64,000 nucleotides of DNA. It comes from Bdellovibrionota bacterium (GTDB taxonomy: Bacteria > Bdellovibrionota > UBA2428). The DNA is taken from positions 67,668 through 131,667 of the forward strand of contig JAWKOD010000006.1 in NCBI GenBank assembly GCA_041391385.1, in the 5' to 3' direction. The notes under the pieces were generated by a model, which ran no database searches, had not been told where the DNA came from, and saw only the letters and a list, made by a program, of their open reading frames with translations. The position numbers and the translations under genes were made by a program. Position 1 is the first letter of the stretch. Every line of letters starts with the position of its first letter. Below, piece by piece: positions 57,708 through 64,000 of this stretch.

Positions 57708-58154
57708 ATGGCAAAAACACAATTACCCATTACAGCCTCTAACGCTAAATTGAGTTATGCAATGATATCTCCATTTCGTTGCCGACTCGTAGCGGATCTT
57801 ATCCGTGGTAAGGCAATCGAGGACGCAAGCCGTCTGCTCATCCTCGAGAATAAAAAAGCAGCGAAAATCCTATATAAACTTCTCAAAAGTGCCATGAGTA
57901 ATGCTGAACAAAAAGGTGTTGCGGACTTAGAGAGACTTTATGTTAGCGATCTTCGCATAGATGAAGGTCCTCGTATTAAACGTTGGATGCCTCGCGCACA
58001 AGGTCGTGCGGATCGTCGTTTAACTCGAACTTCTCACATTTCCCTTGGACTTGCTGAGAAAACCGGCAGCGCTCCTGTGAAAAGCGCTAAAACATCTACA
58101 AAAGCTAAAAAAACAACAAAAGCTACTTCTAAAAAGAAGGGCAGTGAGGAATAA
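57708..58154 (+). CDS. rplV: 50S ribosomal protein L22 with a Lys/Thr-rich C-terminal tail
   Basis: ATG 57708 lies 7 nt after AAGGAGG (57702 is too close). The L22 core is followed by [23 protein letters not shown]. Confidence 0.93.
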   Translation: MAKTQLPITASNAKLSYAMISPFRCRLVADLIRGKAIEDASRLLILENKKAAKILYKLLKSAMSNAEQKGVADLERLYVSDLRIDEGPRIKRWMPRAQGRADRRLTRTSHISLGLAEKTGSAPVKSAKTSTKAKKTTKATSKKKGSEE

Positions 58155-58156
58155 GT

Positions 58157-58855
58157 ATGGGTCAGAAGACGCATCCAACAGGATTTAGGGTCGGAATTAC
58201 AAAACCTTGGAAGTCGCGCTGGTATTCTGAAAAAGAATTCGGTCGTAACTTGTCAGAGGACTATGTCCTTCGCCGTTTTGTTAAGGAAAAACTCTATAAT
58301 TCAGGTGTTAGCAAAATTGAAATTGAAAGAACGGCCTCTAAACTTAGAGTGAACGTTTTCTCTGCTCGCCCCGGTATTGCTATCGGTAAAAAAGGTGCTG
58401 GCATTGAGCAACTTCGAATGGATATTGCTAAAAAAATTAAAAAGCCTATTGAGGAAGTTTTCTTGAACGTAACTGAAGTTCGTAAAGCTGAAGCTGATGC
58501 TCAATTGATTGCTGAAAATGTGGCAAACCAAATTGAACGTCGTGTGGCTTATCGTCGCGCTATGAAAAATGCGATTCAACAAGCTTTAAAATTTGGTGTT
58601 GAAGGTATCAAGATCAGAGTATCTGGTCGTTTGGGTGGATCTGAAATTGCTCGTTCTGATAAATATGCGGAAGGATCTATTCCTCTTCATACTTTAAGAG
58701 CGGACATTGAGTATGGTTTCATTGAAGCAAAAACAACAGCTGGAATTATTGGAATTAAAGTATGGGTTTATAAGGGTGAGATTGACATGAGAACTCGCCT
58801 CGGAAGATCCCGCGGTGCGGTTGTAGCAAATGCTGCAGCTGGATTGCCTATTTAA
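58157..58855 (+). CDS. rpsC: 30S ribosomal protein S3
   Basis: 232 aa. [13 protein letters not shown] domain, RRAMKNAIQ. Confidence 0.98.
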   Translation: MGQKTHPTGFRVGITKPWKSRWYSEKEFGRNLSEDYVLRRFVKEKLYNSGVSKIEIERTASKLRVNVFSARPGIAIGKKGAGIEQLRMDIAKKIKKPIEEVFLNVTEVRKAEADAQLIAENVANQIERRVAYRRAMKNAIQQALKFGVEGIKIRVSGRLGGSEIARSDKYAEGSIPLHTLRADIEYGFIEAKTTAGIIGIKVWVYKGEIDMRTRLGRSRGAVVANAAAGLPI

Positions 58856-58865
58856 GGAGTAAACG

Positions 58866-59285
58866 ATGTTAGCACCTAAGAGAACAAAATATCGCAAGGT
58901 CCACAAAGGACACCTCGCCGGAAAAGCAACTCGTTGTAATACATTGTCTTTTGGTGAATTCGGTCTTCAGTGCTTAGAGCCAGGCTGGATCACAGCTCGT
59001 CAGATTGAGGCAAGTCGTATTGCTATGACTCGTTCAATTAAACGTGGCGGAAAAGTGTGGATTCGCATATTCCCTCAGAAGTCAGTTACTAAGAAACCTG
59101 CTGAAACAAGGATGGGTAGTGGTAAAGGTAATCCTGAATATTGGGTAGCACCCGTAAAACCTGGAACAATGCTATTTGAAATGGAAGGCGTGAGTCGTGA
59201 AATTGCTGAAAAGGCATTTACATTAGCTCTCCATAAGCTTCCATTGAGAACGCGCATTATTTCTCGTAACGAGCTTATTTTATAA
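58866..59285 (+). CDS. rplP: 50S ribosomal protein L16
   Basis: 139 aa. [25 protein letters not shown]. Confidence 0.98.
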   Translation: MLAPKRTKYRKVHKGHLAGKATRCNTLSFGEFGLQCLEPGWITARQIEASRIAMTRSIKRGGKVWIRIFPQKSVTKKPAETRMGSGKGNPEYWVAPVKPGTMLFEMEGVSREIAEKAFTLALHKLPLRTRIISRNELIL

Positions 59286-59302
59286 GGTATTGGGAAGATT
59301 AT

Positions 59303-59563
59303 ATGGCAGTTAAAAAAACGAAAAAAGTAACAAGCTCAAAAGCAAAGAAAGCTCCTGCTAAGAAAAAAGCAGCAGCTCCTAAGGCAAAAAAAGTTGAGCA
59401 ATCTGTTGAGGCAAAAGATCTCGATAGAAAAGCAATTGCAGCTCATGCCCGCCAAGCAAAGAAAGAGCTTTTGGCAATTCGATTTAACCTTCAGGCACCT
59501 AGCCTTAAGGAATATCGTCGTAAAAAAACTGAAGTACAGAAATTTCTGTCTCAGTTGAATTAA
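59303..59563 (+). CDS. rpmC: 50S ribosomal protein L29 with a Lys/Ala-rich N-terminal extension
   Basis: 86 aa. Position between rplP and rpsQ. The core is ELLAIRFNLQAPSLKEYRRKKTEVQKF. Confidence 0.88.
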   Translation: MAVKKTKKVTSSKAKKAPAKKKAAAPKAKKVEQSVEAKDLDRKAIAAHARQAKKELLAIRFNLQAPSLKEYRRKKTEVQKFLSQLN

Positions 59564-59574
59564 AGGAAGAATGT

Positions 59575-59913
59575 ATGTCGGCAAGAACGTTTGAAGGAAC
59601 AGTGATGAGTACTAAAATGCAGAAAACCCTTGTGGTTGCTGTGTCTCGTCAATTTCAAGAATCGCGCACAGGGAAAATTGTGTTTCGGGATAAGAAATAC
59701 AAGGTTCATTGCGAAGACAGTGCAGTGAACGAAGGCGATCTCGTCTTATTCTCTGAATGTCGTCCAATGTCTAAAGATAAGAAGTTTCGCCTCGTTAAAG
59801 TAGTGAAGCAGTCTATCCAAGCCTTGGAAGTTAATGATGAGACTGTTGAGTCTCAAGCAGCAACTGCTAAAGCAGCAGCTAAAGCTACAAAAGCTAAAGA
59901 GGTGCAGTCATGA
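59575..59913 (+). CDS. rpsQ: 30S ribosomal protein S17 with an Ala/Lys-rich C-terminal tail
   Basis: 112 aa. [16 protein letters not shown]...KYKVHCED..., tail [17 protein letters not shown]. Confidence 0.93.
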   Translation: MSARTFEGTVMSTKMQKTLVVAVSRQFQESRTGKIVFRDKKYKVHCEDSAVNEGDLVLFSECRPMSKDKKFRLVKVVKQSIQALEVNDETVESQAATAKAAAKATKAKEVQS

Positions 59914-60278
59914 TTCAGCACACATCAGAACTCAACGTAGCTGATAACTCTGGGGCTCGCGTTGTAAAATGTATTAAAGTTTTGGGCGGAACACGCCGTC
60001 GTTACGCTAGTTTAGGAGACGTTATTGTTTGCTCAGTTAAGGCAGCAACTCCTGAGTCTAAAATCCGTAAGGGCGACGTTGTAAAAGCGATTATCGTAAG
60101 AACGAGAAAAGAAGTTCGTCGAGCAGACGGAAGCTATATTCGTTTTGATGATAACGCAGCCGTTATCGTCAACCCTTCTTTTGAGCCTATTGGGACACGC
60201 GTTTTCGGACCCGTTGCTCGTGAAATTAGAGCAACTAAAAGTAGCAAAATAGTGTCTCTTGCGATGGAGGTACTCTAA
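59910..60278 (+). CDS. rplN: 50S ribosomal protein L14
   Basis: 122 aa. [17 protein letters not shown]. Confidence 0.98.
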   Translation: MIQHTSELNVADNSGARVVKCIKVLGGTRRRYASLGDVIVCSVKAATPESKIRKGDVVKAIIVRTRKEVRRADGSYIRFDDNAAVIVNPSFEPIGTRVFGPVAREIRATKSSKIVSLAMEVL

Positions 60279-60279
60279 A

Positions 60280-60594
60280 ATGTCTCGTGTATCACATGTG
60301 AAAAAGAATGACACAGTTGTTGCTTTGTCTGGAGCTTTTATCGGTCAAACCGGTAAGGTGCTTGCTGTTAAAAATAAAAGTAGCAAAATTCAAGTTGAAG
60401 GTTTGGGAGCAGTTAAAAAACACATCAAACCCAATCAGCAAAACCCTAAAGGCGGTATCGTTGAGCAGTTGAGATGGTGGCCCGCTTCTAAATTTATGGT
60501 TTGCGACAGCGCAGGTAAAAAATTAGGCCGCGTTGGTTTTAAAGCAGAAAAAGGTGCGACTAAAGAACGCACTTATTCCGGTGGAAGGAAATAG
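60280..60594 (+). CDS. rplX: 50S ribosomal protein L24
   Basis: 104 aa from ATG 60280. KOW motif KKNDTVVALSGAFIGQTGKVLAV. The track ORF from TTG 60259 overlaps rplN. Confidence 0.93.
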   Translation: MSRVSHVKKNDTVVALSGAFIGQTGKVLAVKNKSSKIQVEGLGAVKKHIKPNQQNPKGGIVEQLRWWPASKFMVCDSAGKKLGRVGFKAEKGATKERTYSGGRK

Positions 60595-60597
60595 GCT

Positions 60598-61188
60598 ATG
60601 GCAACGGAAAAGAAAGCCGATGGCGCTAAGTATCAATCACGTTTGAAGAAAACTTATAACGAAGAAATTCGAAAAAAGTTAATTTCTTCAGGAAAATTCA
60701 AGAACGTTATGCAAGTTCCTAAGCTCGAGAAGATCGTTATTTCTTGTTCTATGAAAGACGCTCTTTTGAACCCTAAGGCTCTTGAGAGCTTTGCAGAAGA
60801 AATTACAAATATTGCTGGTCAGAAAGCTGTTCTCACAAAAGCAAAGAAGGCGATTGCTAACTTTAAATTACGTGAAAACATCAACTTGGGCTGTGTTGTA
60901 ACTCTTCGCAAAGAGCGTATGTATGACTTTTTAGATCGATTTATCAATATATCTTGTCCTCGTATTCGTGACTTTAAAGGGTTTCCCGAAAAGAGTTTCG
61001 ATGGTCGTGGAAATTATTCTGTAGGCATTAAGGAGCACACTGTGTTTTCTGAAGTTAACTATGACAGAGTTGATAAGGTCAGGGGATTCAACATTACGTT
61101 TGGAACGTCCGCTAAAACGGACGAAGACGCTCTTGTTCTTTTGAAAGAATTTGGATTTCCATTCAGAAGACAGGAAGCGGTGAGGTAA
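60598..61188 (+). CDS. rplE: 50S ribosomal protein L5
   Basis: 196 aa. Contains PKLEKIVISCSM, DFKGF and SFDGRGNYSVGIKEHTVFSE. Confidence 0.97.
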   Translation: MATEKKADGAKYQSRLKKTYNEEIRKKLISSGKFKNVMQVPKLEKIVISCSMKDALLNPKALESFAEEITNIAGQKAVLTKAKKAIANFKLRENINLGCVVTLRKERMYDFLDRFINISCPRIRDFKGFPEKSFDGRGNYSVGIKEHTVFSEVNYDRVDKVRGFNITFGTSAKTDEDALVLLKEFGFPFRRQEAVR

Positions 61189-61194
61189 GAACTT

Positions 61195-61596
61195 ATGACA
61201 AATGATCAATTAGCAGATTTTTTAACTCGTATTCGTAATGCCGGTACGGCACGTAAGATTCGAGTCGATGTTGTAAAAACAAAAATGAACGATGCAGTTG
61301 CAAGCATTCTTCTTAAAGAAGGATATGTAAAAAGCGTTAAAGATGTGGAAGTGGAAGGAAGGCAGTGGATTCGCGTTTTCTTAAAGTATGAAAATGGCGA
61401 TATTCGTAAGCCTGTTATTAAGTCACTTCGTCGTGTTTCTAAGCCTGGATTACGTCGTTATGTTGGGTCGGACAACCTACCTAAGGTAATGAGTGGTTTT
61501 GGTTTAGCAATTCTTTCAACATCTAAAGGAGTTATGACTGGTAAAGAAGCTCGTGAACACCGTGTCGGTGGTGAGCATCTTTGCTCCGTCTGGTAG
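61195..61596 (+). CDS. rpsH: 30S ribosomal protein S8
   Basis: 133 aa. DQLADFLTRIRNA, ILSTSKGVMTGKEAREHRVGGE. Confidence 0.98.
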   Translation: MTNDQLADFLTRIRNAGTARKIRVDVVKTKMNDAVASILLKEGYVKSVKDVEVEGRQWIRVFLKYENGDIRKPVIKSLRRVSKPGLRRYVGSDNLPKVMSGFGLAILSTSKGVMTGKEAREHRVGGEHLCSVW

Positions 61597-61604
61597 GGGT
61601 TTTT

Positions 61605-62153
61605 ATGTCTAGATTAGGTAAACTGACTGTAAATGTTCCTTCAGCTGTAAAAGTAGCTGTTAACAAAGATGCTGTTAATTTTGAAGGACCTAAGGGAAAG
61701 CTTTCAGTAGCTATTCCTGCTGGAATTGGAATTAATGTTGATGCTGGGAAACTTTCTGTAACTCGAAGTAACGATGACGCTGACCAAAGAGCTAAACATG
61801 GTCTTGTTAGAAGTTTAGTGGCCAACTCTGTAAAAGGAGTTAGCGAAGGTTTTGAGCGTAAGCTTGAAATTAAAGGTGTCGGTTTTAGGGCTGCTGTAAA
61901 GGGAACAAGTCTCAATTTGACTGTGGGTTTTTCTCACCTTGTTGATTTTCCTCTTCCCCCAACAGTTACGGCAAAAGTAGAAGGCAATACAACAGTAGTT
62001 CTTTCATGCCCAGATAAAGGTTTATTGGGAGATACGGCGGCTAAGGTTAGAGCTGTACGACCCCCAGAGCCTTATCAAGGTAAGGGAATTCGTTATTCAG
62101 ATGAAGTGATTAAACGCAAAGCAGGTAAATCTGCAGCGAGCGGAGCTAAATAA
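61605..62153 (+). CDS. rplF: 50S ribosomal protein L6
   Basis: 182 aa from ATG 61605 (MSRLGKLTVNVP). PEPYQGKGIRY. Confidence 0.96.
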   Translation: MSRLGKLTVNVPSAVKVAVNKDAVNFEGPKGKLSVAIPAGIGINVDAGKLSVTRSNDDADQRAKHGLVRSLVANSVKGVSEGFERKLEIKGVGFRAAVKGTSLNLTVGFSHLVDFPLPPTVTAKVEGNTTVVLSCPDKGLLGDTAAKVRAVRPPEPYQGKGIRYSDEVIKRKAGKSAASGAK

Positions 62154-62155
62154 TT

Positions 62156-62518
62156 ATGGCTAGGCAAGTAAATAAAAAAACAAGCAAGAAACTGTCTGCA
62201 AGAATCAAGCGGCATGAGCGAATTCGTAAGAAAGTTAGCGGAAGCACTGAGCGCCCTCGACTTTGTGTGCTCCGTTCAAATCGTGGTCTTGAAGTACAAG
62301 TTATTGATGATGCAACTAATAAAACAATTGTAGGGATGAGAACTCCCTCTAAAGTTACAGCAAACAAAGATCATGCAACTGAGCTTGGTAAGAAAATTGC
62401 TGAAGGCGCAAAAGCTAAAGGTATCACTCAAGTGATCTTTGATCGCGGCGGTTATATCTATCACGGAAAAATTGCAGCTTTAGCAGCAGGTGCTCGTGAA
62501 GCAGGATTGAAGTTTTGA
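62156..62518 (+). CDS. rplR: 50S ribosomal protein L18
   Basis: 120 aa. RPRLCVLRSNRGLEVQVIDD, FDRGGYIYHGKIAALA. Confidence 0.97.
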   Translation: MARQVNKKTSKKLSARIKRHERIRKKVSGSTERPRLCVLRSNRGLEVQVIDDATNKTIVGMRTPSKVTANKDHATELGKKIAEGAKAKGITQVIFDRGGYIYHGKIAALAAGAREAGLKF

Positions 62519-62530
62519 GGAATATAAAGA

Positions 62531-63034
62531 ATGGCTAATCAAGAAAAAGTTACAAAAAACTCTGATGACCAAGGCCTCGTAGACCGCGTCGTGCATATCG
62601 GCCGTGTTGCAAAAGTAGTAAAAGGCGGACGTCGCTTTAGCTTTAACGCAATTGTGGTTGTTGGCGATCGTAAGGGACAGGTTGGAATAGGACTCGGTAA
62701 AGCGGGCGAAGTTCCAGATGCTATCCGTAAGGCAGGCGAGCAAGCGAAGAAAAATCTATTAACAGTTCCTGTCACTCGAGGAGATACCAGTCCTCACACG
62801 GTTACTGGAAAGTTTGGATGTGGAAAAGTTGTGATGCTTCCAGCTTCTGCAGGTACGGGCGTAATTGCTGGAGCAGCAGTTCGTGCTGTTATGGAATGTG
62901 CTGGAGTTAAGAACGTTCTGACAAAGTGTCTCGGTTCAAACAATGCTCACAACGTGTTGAAAGCAACAATTGACGGTCTTACTCGATTGAAGACATTGGA
63001 GAAATACCAAGGTCAATTGAAGGGCACTAACTAA
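62531..63034 (+). CDS. rpsE: 30S ribosomal protein S5
   Basis: 167 aa. [37 protein letters not shown]. Confidence 0.98.
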   Translation: MANQEKVTKNSDDQGLVDRVVHIGRVAKVVKGGRRFSFNAIVVVGDRKGQVGIGLGKAGEVPDAIRKAGEQAKKNLLTVPVTRGDTSPHTVTGKFGCGKVVMLPASAGTGVIAGAAVRAVMECAGVKNVLTKCLGSNNAHNVLKATIDGLTRLKTLEKYQGQLKGTN

Positions 63035-63060
63035 AAGGTATTTATTTAAAGGATAACTGT

Positions 63061-63246
63061 ATGGCTGAACAAAAAATATTTGTAAGACAAGTTCGCAGTA
63101 ACACAAGAACCCGTTCACAACATGTGAAAACACTTGTGGCTATGGGTTTAGGAAAGCGTGGCAAATCCACTACTTTGCCTGATAATGCTGCTGTTCGCGG
63201 AATGATCCGCTCTGTAATTCAATGGCTTGAGGTAAAACATGTTTAA
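63061..63246 (+). CDS. rpmD: 50S ribosomal protein L30
   Basis: 61 aa. Position and VRQVRSNTRTRSQHVKTLVAMGL. Confidence 0.93.
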   Translation: MAEQKIFVRQVRSNTRTRSQHVKTLVAMGLGKRGKSTTLPDNAAVRGMIRSVIQWLEVKHV

Positions 63247-63742
63247 GCTACATAATTTAAAAGCACCTATCGGAAGTAACCATGCTCCTAAACGTAAGGG
63301 TTTGGGGATGGGTTCTGGTCTTGGAAAAACTGCAGGTAAAGGACATAAGGGTCAACTTGCACGAAGTGGTGGTTCGATTCACCCTGTATTTGAAGGTGGT
63401 CAAGTTCCTCACGCGAGACGTATGCCTAAAGTCGGCTTTAAGAGTCCACTTAAGCAAATTGATCATCGTGTGAATGTAGCTGAACTCGGAGAGTTTGCAG
63501 GTAAGGATCTTACAACTAAGGACTTGCTTCCTAAGACTTTGAGAACAAAAACTCGCTGCAGAGTGAGTGTTTATGGATCACGTCTTCCGGCTAAACTTCC
63601 AACTTCTCTTGAGGCGCATCACGTAAGTGCTAGCGTTCAAAAGCTTTTAGAAGGAAAAGGCGTTAAGGTAACTGTAGTTGCGTTAAAAGACGGTTCTAAA
63701 CCTCGCGTAAGTACGCGTAAAAGAAATACAAAACAGGCTTAA
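63239..63742 (+). CDS. rplO: 50S ribosomal protein L15
   Basis: 167 aa. GMGSGLGKTAGKGHKGQLARSGG. Confidence 0.96.
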   Translation: MFKLHNLKAPIGSNHAPKRKGLGMGSGLGKTAGKGHKGQLARSGGSIHPVFEGGQVPHARRMPKVGFKSPLKQIDHRVNVAELGEFAGKDLTTKDLLPKTLRTKTRCRVSVYGSRLPAKLPTSLEAHHVSASVQKLLEGKGVKVTVVALKDGSKPRVSTRKRNTKQA

Positions 63743-63777
63743 GGCTGCAACTGGAAGAGGGAAGAAGGTAAGTTTGG

Positions 63778-64000
63778 ATGGATACTAATCTTAGGAGTCG
63801 GATACTTTGGTTGATTGGACTTATTTTAGTCTACAAAGTTGGAGTTCATATTCCAACTCCTGGAGTGAATGCTCAGGCCTTGGTGGAGTTATTTAACACT
63901 CGAAACTCGGCTAACATTTTAGGTCTACTCAACTTGTTTTCAGGTGGCGCTCTGTCACAGCTCTCTATTTTAGGTCTTGGAATTTCTCCTTACATCTCTG
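63778..64000 (+). CDS. secY: Preprotein translocase subunit SecY (5' part; continues past the window end)
   Basis: ATG 63778 gives MDTNLRSRILWLIGLILVYKVGVHIPTPGVNAQAL...LFSGGALSQLSILGLGISPYIS, a typical SecY N-terminus. No stop before 64000. Confidence 0.9.
   Translation, partial: MDTNLRSRILWLIGLILVYKVGVHIPTPGVNAQALVELFNTRNSANILGLLNLFSGGALSQLSILGLGISPYIS

Overview
Low-GC bacterial chromosome segment. The many signal-peptide orphan proteins, the archaeal-type ProRS and the Lys/Ala-rich tails suggest a Bdellovibrionota/Oligoflexia-like organism, but that is inference only.

Layout:
- 1-6.4 kb: a PTS phosphorelay (EIIBA-HPr-EI), a lipoprotein, and a BigR/SqrR-type sulfide-detoxification operon behind a 38-bp palindromic operator.
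- 6.4-21 kb: mostly monocistronic exported or envelope genes (MltA, YHYH protein, desaturase, SolA-like oxidase, HExxH protease, AHL/penicillin acylase), tRNA-Thr and proS.
- 21.4-32.5 kb: a minus-strand cluster of large exported orphan proteins, interrupted by purU.
- 33.3-64 kb: the transcription/translation super-operon. Order is tRNA-Gly, tuf, tRNA-Trp, secE, nusG, rplKAJL, rpoBC, rpsLG, an insert, fusA, a second insert, then the S10/spc/alpha-proximal r-protein genes to secY.

Most interesting observations:
1. Two paralogous signal-peptide proteins (895 and 863 aa) join an alpha/beta-hydrolase-like module to a module whose motifs line up with Leu/Phe-tRNA-protein transferase (Aat). An Aat-like domain on an exported protein is unexpected. 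A 1227-aa exported polytopic orphan lies next to them.
2. The conserved str/S10/spc gene order is broken in four ways. A 504-aa membrane orphan with structured repeats sits between rpsG and fusA. Three accessory genes sit where tuf usually follows fusA. rplC is absent between rpsJ and rplD. rpsN/Z is absent between rplE and rpsH.
3. Five essential genes (rplK, rplA, rpoB, fusA, rplD) are frame-broken. Wherever the break can be placed it is at a short homopolymer, and nearly all are 1-nt shortfalls, so sequencing error is the most likely cause. The fusA break falls on an AAAAAG slippery site.
4. There are several intergenic repeat families.

All family assignments come from motifs recalled from memory. 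No searches or computations were run.
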